Shown here: positions 22,719-34,885 of the stretch, in pieces | Position numbering within the stretch: the first letter of the stretch is position 1 | Layout of the letters: each line of letters starts with the position of its first letter | DNA from: Octopus sinensis | Taxonomy: Eukaryota | DNA length: 35,548 bases | Assembly (NCBI RefSeq): GCF_006345805.1 | Contig: NW_021829895.1 | Location: 1-35,548, forward strand | Direction of reading: 5' to 3' | Position numbers and translations under genes: made by a program | The notes under the pieces: generated by a model | Told to the model about the DNA's origin: nothing | Database searches by the model: none | Seen by the model: the letters and a program-made list of their open reading frames with translations, nothing else

Positions 22719-22954
22719 GAAATACCTATTTCTTTATTACCCACAAGGGGCTAAACATAGAGGGGACAAACAAGGACAGACATAGGTATTAAGTCGATTA
22801 CATCGACCCAGTGCGTAACTGGTACTTAATTTATCGACCTCGATAGGATGAAAGGCAAAGTCGACCTCGGCGGAATTTGAACTCACAACGTAACGGCAGA
22901 CGAAATACCACTAAGCATCTCGCCCGGCGTGCTAACATTTCTGCCAGCTCGCCG
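22719..22954 (-). mobile_element. SINE family A, antisense copy
   Basis: Full head and body in reverse orientation, tail-to-tail with the array. Confidence 0.9.
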
Positions 22955-23539
22955 CTAACGAAATACCATTGAAGGAAAAAGTAATTTGTGAATCAAAACA
23001 GTACAAATCTTGATGCTATGTACTATGAATGAATTTACAATCGGGAATTACGAAACGATTCTTGCTAGAAGTACTTGACTCTGCATTGTTACAACGATAA
23101 ACAAGGTAAATATGTATACATCAACATCATAAATACCTATCTGTTATCATCTGACTTTGTTGTGTTCATATAACGTAAAGTTTGGTTAATAAGCGTATTT
23201 AGGCATCACCATATATGAAGAATTTGAATGAAATCAGATTAAATCATCAGATTTCAAATATGCTTCATCGATAGCACAAAATAAGTCCTGTGCTAGAATT
23301 CACGATGAGTTGTAGGGTCGGTAGCATACAGTTGATGATATTTCTCGCACTGCAAAACGACGAATACTACTCAGAGAAATATACATGGATTCAACCAAGC
23401 AGTAGCAGAGCACAACTTGGAAAGCAGTATTCCGGTGGGGCCCTGTTGGAGCTATGTATATATATAATCATCCATGGCTGGTCCCATGATATCTGATCTT
23501 TGAGAGATAGCATTACCGGCATCTCAAAACGTATTGCTA

Positions 23540-23580
<41 letters not shown>

Positions 23581-23624
23581 ACACACACACACACATATAT
23601 ATATCCTTTTGTACTATTAGTGGC

Positions 23625-23750
23625 TTCAGTAATCGGACCGTAAGAGCGATGAGGCACCGTCTATGCCATTTATTCGATAACATCTAGCGAATAGTATATT
23701 TTGGCTCTGGTATACATTCCATATATTTTGGTTGCCGAACCGCTGTGTCA
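23625..23750 (-). mobile_element. Heavily decayed SINE family C 3' part
   Basis: TTCAGTAATCGGAC..GGCACCGTC..TTGCCGAACCGCT is the reverse complement of motifs in 27290-27440. Confidence 0.5.
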
Positions 23751-23929
23751 TATGTATTTGTATAAGCGTGCGTCAGAGTGGGTGTGTCTGTGACTGAGCG
23801 TTTTTGTGTGTGCGCAAGTGTGCATGCGTGCATATATGTGTGTGTGTATGTATATATGTATATATATAGAGAGAGAGAGAACGGGGAGAAAGAAAGACAG
23901 ACAGACAGACGAAGAAAGAGAGAGAGATT

Positions 23930-23981
23930 AGATAGATAGATAGATAGACAGATAGATAGATAGACAGACAGATAGATAGAC

Positions 23982-24065
<84 letters not shown>
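23930..24065 (+). repeat. (GATA)n repeat
   Basis: Direct reading. Confidence 0.95.
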
Positions 24066-24561
24066 GCGCGCACACACAGATATACACATATATGTATATA
24101 TGTATGTATGTATATATGTTTATGTGTGTATATGTGCACATTGATGTATTGATTTTTCTCTTGGGTCACATGAGTATACAGATCACACACCCCCCCCCCA
24201 CACACACCACACACATATATATACACACGTATGTACTCATAAAGCATGTGCGTATATACATTTGGGGAGGTATATCTATGAGTAGATTTTTACGACTATG
24301 AGTTCAGTGTATCGTACTGTCATTGTGAATCACATAACTTGTCTGTTACGCTGCACACCTTTACTCTTTCACACACACACACAAAAACACACACCACACA
24401 CACACACACAACACACACACGCACACACAAACGCACACATATAACTGTACATGTCTATGACAATATACATGCATACATATATCTAGACGCATAATATATA
24501 TATATGTGTATATATATACGCATATAAATTCTTCTTTAAAAGTGTGTATATTTGTGCATGC

Positions 24562-24636
<75 letters not shown>

Positions 24637-24828
24637 CTGTGCATTTTTCTGTAGATTTTAAATCTTATCAACGAGTGGTTTATTTCTATATAATTCTCCA
24701 TCTGCTGTCAATATGAATACGTACATTTGTACAGCTATCTTCGCATACACAAGCACACACACACACATACCAACTTATACTCACACACACCTACACACTT
24801 ACACACGTAGCTATATAATATATAATAT

Positions 24829-24874
<46 letters not shown>

Positions 24875-25709
24875 GTATATGTATATGTAATGCATGTGTA
24901 TATGTATATATATATGTGTGTGTGATATGTGCATGTATGTGTTTATCTGTACGTTGAAGGAAGTTCTTAAAGCAAAGTTTAAAAGATCCACCGAGTCGTT
25001 TGCCGTCTTGTCGACTGCAAGATAGTTTCGATTAGCTGATCTGCTCTGATCTTTCGCTTTTAGCTTAGATGTCAGATTGAAGAAGCCCCTCAGGTATTGT
25101 AGTCCTGCCAAAGTTGACTAGATCGAAATCACACGCCAGCCTGCCGCACTCGCAATCTCTCCCTCTCTCTCCAAGCTGCCGACCCACTCCACCAACGCAC
25201 ACAAACACACACACACACACACACACATACACAAACACACACACACACAGACACACACACACACACACATACACAAACACACACACACACACAGACACAC
25301 ACACACACACACGCAGATACTCACACGCAAGCACACACACTTTAAAAACCATTTTCTACAGAGTGAGTGCTGCTGTCTTGTTAAAGCCATCCGAGATTTC
25401 ATTGACTCGGTGAAGACAGAAACTTTCATCGCGTCAGGCAAGCAAATGGATTAACCATTGACTGCAGCGGAAGAAGAAGAAGAATAGGAAAAAAAAAAAA
25501 AAAAGAAACGACAAAAACAAAGAAAGAAGAAAAGAAATAAGGAAAGAAAGAGAAGAATTAAAGCGCATCTTCACTCATCCGGATGGGGTTTCTATAAGTC
25601 TAAGAATCCGAACTAAATCGTTACTTAGCGTCAAAGTTGATATCTCGGCAGGCGAGAGATGTGTACAATGACTACGGAATCAACTTAGATAGATACACCT
25701 ATCCATCAT

Positions 25710-25720
25710 TCTATCTATCC

Positions 25721-25779
<59 letters not shown>

Positions 25780-25902
25780 ATTCTTTCATTCTTTCTTTCT
25801 TTTTTCTGTCTTTTTTGTGTCCATTTATCTATCTGTCTCTCTGTCTATGCATGCAACCAACCAACCAACCAACCAACCAACCAACCAACCAACCAACCAA
25901 CC
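25710..25902 (+). repeat. (TCTA)n and (CCAA)n repeats
   Basis: Direct reading. Confidence 0.9.
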
Positions 25903-26013
25903 ATCAGCCTATCCATTCGCACTCCCATACATCTAACTTACAGTCTATCCATTCTTTTAATCTTTCTTCTCTCCTCTCTCTCTCTCTTCTTATTCTCAGC
26001 ATATGTCAATGTA

Positions 26014-26072
<59 letters not shown>

Positions 26073-26143
26073 TTTTATATCTATATAACGACAAACATGG
26101 CCGTGGAAGCACAAAAAACACGAAGATACATTAATATAAGTGC

Positions 26144-26178
<35 letters not shown>

Positions 26179-26318
26179 TATATATATTGTTATATTTCGG
26201 AATGGTCATTTTGCCAGTTTAGCCAATAAAACACACGCACTATATATTTGGTGTTATTTTGCTTCAGCGTTATTTATTTTTTACACTAATCTTTATCTTG
26301 CACAACAAATATATAAAC

Positions 26319-26358
<40 letters not shown>

Positions 26359-26871
26359 TTACATATATACATGCACGGAAACACCCACATATACACTCAT
26401 ATATATGTATATAAGTATATATATAACTGGATGAATGAATTATCCTTTGTTTACCGTGAACATGGAAAATTCAATAAACAGTTACCAGGGTAGCAAAATT
26501 CACGTGTGTGTATATGTACGTATGTAATATGTGCGTATTAATGCAAAGGTATAAACGTTATAACAGATATTTCCAGTTGTAAATAGGCAAATGTAGATGT
26601 CGCCACCTTATTATTCAGGAAAGAAAAGGTATAAGAAGGGCGATAACTCGGAGTGTAGGCTACGTAAAGGTAAATATAATGGTCACTTAGATACCTTATA
26701 TATTCATATCTTACTTGTTTTACATGCGGCACATTTGGTTTTGCTTGCATGTATCTTCTTCGTAGACAATGGAGACGGAAAATGTGATCAACATTCATAT
26801 TTAACATAAGTTAAACTTCATGGGTATAAACAAAAATTCGAAAACGTTTTTGTGAGCTTCTTACCACACAA

Positions 26872-27102
26872 GGTGGCGAGCTGGCAGAAACGTCAGCACG
26901 CCGGGCGAAATGCTTAGCAATATTTCGCCTGCTGCTACGTTCTGAGTTCAAATTCCGCCGAGGTCCACTTTGCCTTTCATCCTTTCGTGGTCGATTACAT
27001 AAGTACCAGTTACCCACTGGGGTCAATATAATCGACTTAATCCGTTAATCTGTCTTTGTTTGTCCCCTCTGTGTGTAGCCCCATGTGGGCAATAAAGAAA
27101 TA
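26872..27102 (+). mobile_element. SINE family A monomer
   Basis: GGTGGCGAGCTGGCAGAAACGTCAGC head, GAGTTCAAATTCC B-box, and AATAAAGAAATA tail. Confidence 0.9.
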
Positions 27103-27445
27103 AGAAACTTGCTTCCCAACCACGCAGCACCTAGGGCAACTGTCTTCTACTGTAGCCTCGGGCCGACCAAAGCTTTGTAAATGGAAACTGAAAGAAGCCC
27201 GTCGTATATGTATGTGCATGTGTGTGTATGTGTGTGTGTGTGCTTGTCCCACCATCACCACCTGACAACTGATGTTGGTGTACTAATGTCTCTGTAACTT
27301 AGCAGTACGGCAAAAGAGACCGATCGAATAAGCAGCAGGTTTAAAAAATAAGTACTGGGGTCGATTCATTCGACTAAAAACAAACTGAAAGGCGGTGCCC
27401 CAGCATGGCTGCTGTCTAATAACTGAAGCAGGTAAAAGATAACAG
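27103..27445 (+). mobile_element. SINE family C (5'-damaged)
   Basis: GCTTCCCAACCAC..GCACCTAGGGCAACTGTCTTCTACTGTAGCC (MIR/CORE-like CCTTGGGCAAG motif), an internal TG repeat, and tail GGCGGTGCCCCAGCATGGC..GTAAAAGATAA. Decayed antisense relatives lie at 23625, 34738 and 35290. Confidence 0.7.
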
Positions 27446-27602
27446 ACAAATATATATTCTTTGTGTGTGATCAAAACGAGTTTAACCCATTTAACTTAAA
27501 GAGAAAATACTTTTAGGCATGAAAATAAAAATATGAAAATACGTTTTCAGATAATAGATGTTTTCTTAATACGCTTTAATTGAAAATACGATGATGGACT
27601 CA

Positions 27603-27652
<50 letters not shown>

Positions 27653-27769
27653 TTACCAGGTGGTCTATTAAGTTAGACATGGCCTGGGCGAATAATGGCC
27701 GAAACCTATCAAAGTATCAAAGTATATATATATATATATAGATATATACAGAGAGAGATATATAAATAG

Positions 27770-27775
27770 ACAGAC

Positions 27776-27866
<91 letters not shown>

Positions 27867-27876
27867 CAGATAGATG

Positions 27877-27962
<86 letters not shown>
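27770..27962 (+). repeat. (GATA)n repeat
   Basis: Direct reading. Confidence 0.95.
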
Positions 27963-27964
<2 letters not shown>

Positions 27965-28293
27965 TACACACGCGTACAAACAAGATGTTTATACATCAAC
28001 TATTTTCCTTCATTCATGAGATACATTTATATTTAATAAAATCTTGCCTCATTTAATGGATCGGATAGCAGTGTCCAAATAATTCGTTTCAGATTTAAAT
28101 AACGTATAACTTGTTATGGGAAGCACACACCTGAGGGACGTGTGAATATTTGATTCCTCTACAGCTCATATCGTTTCCAGCTATCGCTGCTCTCTTCTCG
28201 ATATTTCTTAACTTGGGAATATTTTTGTAAGAGGCTTAACAGATGTTTATCAGCCTCCATGTGTGTGTGTGCGTGCGTGCGTGTATGTGTGTG

Positions 28294-28324
<31 letters not shown>

Positions 28325-28459
28325 TTCCGAAAGAAAAGCACACTCCATAAAAATGCTTTTGAGGAGTATCATTTTCTGTAGTCCTTAGTTATGGTTCGTC
28401 AGCAATTTACCTTTGGATTCATACACACTCATACACACGCACACGCACACACACACACG

Positions 28460-28493
<34 letters not shown>

Positions 28494-28964
28494 GTATTTT
28501 AGATTCGGCTTCGCAATATTGTTAGCCAATACCATAACGTTGCCTCATTGACCAACTACATATAGAGGTTTTAAAAAGAGGGATTGCCATATAGGAATAA
28601 ACGGAAGCTCTTGGTAAAGCCTGGCCCATACCTCGAGGGAAGCACAAGATGCAAACTTTGCTTAGCTGAGAGACCAAGGATCCCCAAAACATTCGTTTGA
28701 TGTGTGTGCGTAGTTAAATTCAAAAAGTGAGGTTCTTAGCCGCTACACTCATAATAGAAAGTTCATGTTGAAACGTGGGCTTCCTGCTAGCTAACTTGCA
28801 AACGGAAAACGGACATAAACTTACCCTTTTCGAATACAATTAAAACCGTTCAAAGGAAAGAAAGATCATCTTTTTTCCAGAAGGATTTTCTTTTCGAAGA
28901 CCTTTCGTTTAAAGGATATTTTTTTTAACCAGCAAGCTGACCAAAACAGTACTTTACCTCGAAA

Positions 28965-29026
<62 letters not shown>

Positions 29027-29051
29027 ATGTATGTAACCATACATTTGAGAA

Positions 29052-29251
29052 GCAGCACGGATTTTTGTCAGTGAACAGGTCGCGGTCTTATAGCTACGAA
29101 AATATTTTGACATATTAAACTTAAATGTTGAAGTGAATCGAACGGCTTTTGTGTGTTTCTTAAATGGCTTACAAACACCTTCCATGCTGCAACTGTTTTC
29201 GTTTCAGCACACGATCTCAGATCAAATCACTTGCTATGCAAGAACATCTCT
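29052..29251 (+). mobile_element. Penelope-like family C, 200-bp unit, copy 2
   Basis: Colinear with 20681-20880. Flanked by TA/TATG repeats. Confidence 0.8.
29064..29114 (+). ncRNA. Variant G3:C8 hammerhead motif, partly decayed
   Basis: TTTGTCA-GTGAACA-G-GTCGC(GGTCTTATA)GCTAC-GAAA-ATAT-TT-TGACATA. One mismatch each in stems I and II. Confidence 0.55.
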
Positions 29252-29839
29252 GTATGTATGTATATATGTATATATACATATATGTATATTATGTATATAT
29301 GTATATATGTATATATGTATAATATATATATAATATATATACAAATATATATATATATATATATATTATATTATTATTATATATATAATATATATATATT
29401 ATATATATGTAGTATGTTGTATGTATGTATGTATGTGTTGATATGTATGTGTGTATGTACGTATGTGTTGATATGTATGTGTGTATGTATACAAACACAT
29501 ACATACACACAATGAGCCAAGGGAGGAATCTCTATGTGGTTTGTTGGCCTGCAAGAAGTAGCAGCCAATTGCTTCTCAAGTACAGAAGAGAAAAAAACAT
29601 AGGAATAAGTGACCCTATAAAAAAAAACTGAGGATGCGAGGCATTTTGGCACAATCATTTTGCGCCATCTTTTCGGCATCGCTGTTTCTCCGCTTGACTT
29701 ATTTGTCATGAGATGCTTCAATATTTTCCTCAGTCCCTCCCTCCTTCTGTCACTCCCTCTCTTTCTCTCTCTATCCTTATCACTTTCACGCCTCTATCTA
29801 TATGTGCATATTGCTGGTTGCGCATGTATGTTACCAATA

Positions 29840-29922
<83 letters not shown>

Positions 29923-29949
29923 GTGGTTATTCCGCTGAGATTGATTTAA

Positions 29950-30265
29950 ACTTTCATCATTTCGGGGGTCGATAAAAGAAGTACCGGTTGAACACTGGGG
30001 TCGATGTAATCGACTCATGCCGGCCCTCAAAAATGTTGCCCTTGTGGATAAATTTGAAACTGTTATTAAAGACGTCGAGCTAACACAATCGTTAACGGTA
30101 TTTCGTTTGCCGCTACGTTCTGGCTTCAAATTCCGCCAAGGTCGACTTTGCCTTTCAACCTTTCGAGGTCGATAAAATAAATACCAGTTACACGCTGGGG
30201 TCGATGTAATCGACTCATGCCCACTCCCAAAATTGGTGCAATTGTGGAAAAATTTGAAATGATTA
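29950..30265 (+). mobile_element. Two adjacent SINE family A-variant copies (truncated 29950-30065; near-full 30071-30265)
   Basis: Both contain TTTCG.GGTCGATAAAA.AA.TACC.GTT..AC.CTGGGGTCGATGTAATCGACTCATGCC and the tail TTGTGGA.AAATTTGAAA. Confidence 0.8.
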
Positions 30266-30382
30266 TTATTGGTGGTGTTACTAGTAGTAGTAACAACATT
30301 AGTAGTAGATGCAATGAAGGTGTAAGCGGTGGTGGTGGTGGTGGTAGTGGTGGTACTAGGGGCAGCAGTAGCAGTAGCAGAA

Positions 30383-30597
30383 ATGCGGCGAGTCGGTAGA
30401 ATTTCTCACCATGCCGGACAAAATATTCTAAAGGGATTTCGTCCGTCCTTATGTTCTCTATTCAAATTCTGCAAGGACCCACTTTGTCTTTCAACCTTTC
30501 CGGATCGATAAAATAAGTACCAATTGTGTACTGGGGATGTATGATATAATTGACGTTACCCCTTCCCAAAATTTCAGGGGCTTGTGCCTATAATAGG
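30383..30597 (+). mobile_element. Decayed SINE family A-variant
   Basis: GCGGCGAGTCGGTAGAAT head, GATCGATAAAATAAGTACC core, and CTTGTGCCTATAATAGG tail into (TTA)n. Confidence 0.7.
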
Positions 30598-30642
30598 ATT
30601 ATTATTATTATTATCATTATTATTATTATTATTATTCAGTAG

Positions 30643-30673
<31 letters not shown>

Positions 30674-31228
30674 GAGTGAGAGAGCAGTTCATGCCATCAA
30701 AGTGACACTGGGGTAAAATATACGAAGCCCAATATACCCATCATGACTACCCGTCTGATAAAGGTACACTAGGCACATGCATCACAACCATATGTGCGCG
30801 ACATGGTGATCTCATATCAAGACAAACAGCACATGACCTTGCAGGTGGGGCCCAGTTAGAATTTTCTTCAGGTTGAGTAGCCCATCCCGCTCAAACGGTC
30901 CCTGAATAAGGGTTGTTTAAGGATGTTGAAAGAACCACCCATGTTTCCAGAGGTGAACTATTCAAACCCCAAAGAATCCCTCTCAACACATGGCTATGAT
31001 GCTCCCCCACTACTTCTGCTCGTGATCAGAGATGCACAATCGTCAGCCACTAAGGACATGCTCAACTGGTTAAGGCCAAACAACTGACGAGCAAATCTGT
31101 GGTATTGAGCAGAATATTTGCTGTAGCCCATCTTTTATACCAAGACAAAACAATGTACATGATAACACTTCCAATCAGTTAAGATCAGAAGCCATGAGAG
31201 CCACTGCCGGTACTGCATCAGGGCATTT
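30674..31228 (-). mobile_element. Repeat family D, copy 3 (longest)
   Basis: Reverse complement of 1468-1940, plus about 85 extra bp at the variable end. (TTA)n on both sides. Confidence 0.88.
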
Positions 31229-31261
31229 ATTATTATTATATTATTATTATTATTATTATTA

Positions 31262-31308
<47 letters not shown>

Positions 31309-31350
31309 CACTGCACGGCCATTTGCACCACTACATTTCAGATGTATGAA

Positions 31351-31958
31351 GGCGGAGAGCTGGCAGAAACGTTAGAACGCCGGGCGAAATGCTTAGCGAT
31401 ATTTCGTCTGCCGCTACGTTCTGAGTTCAAATTCTGCCGAGGTCGACTTTGCCTTTCATCCTTTCGGGGTCGATTAAATAAGTACCAGTTACGCACTGGG
31501 ATCGATGCAATCGACTTAATCCGTTTGTCTGTCCTTGTTTGTCCTCTCTGTGTTTAGCCCCTTGCGGGCAATAAAGAAATAGGAAACACTAGCACTCCTA
31601 GCAAAATGCTTAGCGGTATTTCGTCTTTTACGTTCTGAGTTCAAATTCCGCCGAGGTCGACTTTGCCTTTTATCCTTTAGGGATCGATTAAATGAGTACC
31701 AGTTAATCCGTTTGTCTGTCCTTGTTTGCCCCTTCTATGTTTAGCCCCTTGTGGATAGTAAAGAAATAGGTATTTTGTCTGTCTTTACATTCTGAGTTCA
31801 AATTCCACCGAGGTCGACTCTGCCTTTCATCGTTTCGGGTTTCGATTAAATAAGTGCCAGTTACGCACTGGGGTCGATGTATACGACTTAATGCCTTTAT
31901 CCGTCCTTGTTTGTCCTCTCTGTGTTAAACGTCCCTGTGGGCAATAAAGAAAGAAATA
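31351..31958 (+). mobile_element. SINE family A trimer
   Basis: Head and body to 31581, a second unit with partial head to 31768, and a third body starting GGTATTTTGTC at 31769. Confidence 0.9.
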
Positions 31959-32409
31959 TATGTCTCAGATGCATGAGTATTATTTGCTGTAGAGACGTAG
32001 AGCTAAATTTCAATATTTCACCAATTTTTCTTTGATGTAAGATTTGCTATATTGTTTCTGTTTTTTAGTAAAGTAATGTATCTGTTATATATAACACGTA
32101 CAATGTGGATTGCTGTTGTTGAGTGTGTATTGGGGAGAGGCTGCGCAATTCGTGCTTCGCAATTCAATGTCAGGAGGTGAACGAATGCGTGAGCTATGCA
32201 GTACGTAGTTTGTGTTGTAAGAATCGGTAACAACTGTATAGAATGTATATATTCTGCTAGGTGCTGGTGATGAAAGGACCAATCAAGGTAAATTGTGTGC
32301 GCGTGTGACTGTTAATTTGGGATTCACAGCCTATACACGCAAGTTCATACATGCGTACATACATACATGTATAAATACAAACAGAGAAACAGACAGGCAG
32401 AAAGCTAGG

Positions 32410-32410
32410 G

Positions 32411-32447
<37 letters not shown>

Positions 32448-32475
32448 CAGCTAGAACATATATATATATATATAT

Positions 32476-32527
<52 letters not shown>

Positions 32528-32702
32528 ATGAATAGAACGTAGGTAAATAGGTAAATAGATAGATAGAACGTAGGTAGGTAGGTAGGTAGGTAGGTTGGTA
32601 GGTAGGAAGATAGGTAGATATATAGATATATAGATAGATAGATTGTAGGTAGGTAGGTAGATAGATAGAGATAAATAGTTAGGTAGATAGATAGATAGAT
32701 AT

Positions 32703-32774
<72 letters not shown>

Positions 32775-32775
32775 G
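32410..32775 (+). repeat. (GATA)n/(GGTA)n compound repeat
   Basis: Direct reading. Confidence 0.9.
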
Positions 32776-33249
32776 TATATTTGATGTGTCTGCATGTATT
32801 TGTATATGTGTGGTGGCGATTTGATAAATCTGTGTGAGGCTGTCTTGGGGGTGGGTATTCAAATTCGGGGTAGATTAGTGAAACGAATATAGTGAGATGC
32901 CACCCAAGAGAAAGGCTGTGCCCTCTGTACCATTATTCAACTCTACGCCTACCATAAAGCAACCGCCTGCACCTGCACCATCATCTCCACGACCACCACC
33001 ACCGAAATATCACCACCGTCGTTGTCATCATCATCATCATCATGATCATCACTACCGACGCCATCACCATCAGCATTATCATCAACGCTAACAGCAGCAG
33101 CAGCAGCAGCATCTCTGGTCGCCATTGTGACTGCGGTTTCCACTAATGACCCACGACAAAATGACGTCAAAGCAACGTAACAATCTGTGATGGTTAATCA
33201 ATGACGTCCGCTCAACCACTTCACATTTGGAAAATCGGTGCGTTGTCGA

Positions 33250-33497
33250 GGTGACGACGACGGGGGCATTAATGATGCGAAGGTGATGATGATGATGATG
33301 AGGAGGAGGAGGAGGAGGATTAAGGCGAAGAATAAGGGGATGAGACGGAGGATTGATGACAATGATGTTGATGATAATGATAATGTTGATGATGATGATG
33401 ATGACGATGATGATGATGATGATGATGATGATGACGATGATGATGATGATGATGATGATGATGGTGATGATGGTGATGATGGTAGTGGTGGTGGTGG

Positions 33498-33531
<34 letters not shown>

Positions 33532-33665
33532 GGTGGTTATGATGATGATGATGATGATGATAATGATGATGATGATGATGATAATTATGATGGTGATGAT
33601 GATGATGATGATGGTGGTGATGATGATGATGATGGTGGTGATGATGATGATGGTGGTGGTGGTGG

Positions 33666-33696
<31 letters not shown>

Positions 33697-33991
33697 GGTG
33701 ATGATGATGATGGTTGTGGTGGTGGTGGTGATGATGATGATGGTTGTGGTGGTGGTGATGATGATGATGATGATGATGGTAGTGGTGATGGTGTGATGAT
33801 GATGATGAGATGATGATGATGATGATGACAATGATGATGATTGTTTCTGAGTGACGCTAGAACCATCACAGAATGCGCGTAAAGGCGAAGCGTGTGAGGC
33901 GGTGGCGAAGAAAAAGCGTGCGTATGAGGACGATGGGATGAAAGGGATGGATAGAATTGAAGGTGGAAAAGTATTTGCGACAGGAACGCAT

Positions 33992-34046
<55 letters not shown>

Positions 34047-34158
34047 GGTGGTGGTGGTGGTGGTAGCAATAGTAAGTAGTAGTAGTAGTGGTGGTGGTGT
34101 GGTGGTGGTGGTGGTGGTGGTAGTAGTAGTAGTAGTAGTAATAATAGTGGTGGTGATG

Positions 34159-34191
<33 letters not shown>

Positions 34192-34245
34192 CTGGTGCTG
34201 GTGCTGGTGAGGATGATGGTGACGGCGGCGGCGGCGGTGTTTATG
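33250..34245 (+). repeat. (GAT/GGT)n block (33250-33838) and (GTA/GGT)n block (33990-34245)
   Basis: Direct reading. They explain the ORFs at 33088-34479. Confidence 0.9.
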
Positions 34246-34737
34246 TGGCGATGGTGGTTTTTGCTACGGTTGTCAAAGCTATTTAACCACAGATCAGCCG
34301 ATATCTGGCAGACCTTGAAAAAAAAAAGCCATTCCATATATGTTGCATTTATTTATTTTATCATAAATGCAAAACAATACCTCACATCCGCCTCCCGGGT
34401 TTCGTTTTCCATACAGTACGTGCGATACTTTATTTACTCATCTACGGCAAACTACGTATTTTCTTTCAAAATATTTTGATTAATGTGTTATACAGTGCAA
34501 TATTGTATTCTGTCTCTATGAATTAATTTAACTTTTAGATGTGATAATGCTTAATTTTACCACAAATAATTAAAATCTAAAAAAATATAAATACCTGCCG
34601 GCCGCAGAAACCCGTGATGTACTGAGGAGTCCGCGATATAAATTTACATACATTAGCCAGAAAAATCAGCAATGTACTTACTGAGTCCGCAAAATGTGAA
34701 CCACAGTATGGCGAAGGATTGCTGTATACGTATTATA

Positions 34738-34885
34738 TCTTTTATCTTTTGCTTGTCCTAATCATTGGATTACTGCCATAATGGAACACTGCCTTAAAGG
34801 GCTTTAGTCGGACAAACTGACCCCAGGAATTTTTTGTACGCCTTTTAATTAGTCTATCGCTCTCTTTTAAGGAAACTAACACCCG
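34738..34885 (-). mobile_element. Decayed SINE family C 3' part
   Basis: GGAACACTGCC..TTTAGTCGGACAAACTGACCCCAGGA..TCTATCGCTCTCTTTT is the reverse complement of 27300-27440 motifs. Confidence 0.6.

Noticed and set aside
27670-27712. Possible further hammerhead (GGCC...GGCC-GAAAC)
   Set aside because: A stem II and GAAA are present, but the upstream heptamer (TTAGACA) is not a CUGANGA-type core, and no stem III palindrome or stem I is evident.
2242-34479. Long low-complexity ORFs in the track (poly-V/L/I/Y/D/M/H/T, IYIY, LSIY, HTHT)
   Set aside because: They are translations of microsatellites, usually open in several frames and on both strands, with no domain content.
34615-34695. CTGAGGAGTCCGC / CTGAGTCCGC direct repeat
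   Set aside because: A short imperfect duplication with no complementary stem or GAAA, so there is no supported function.
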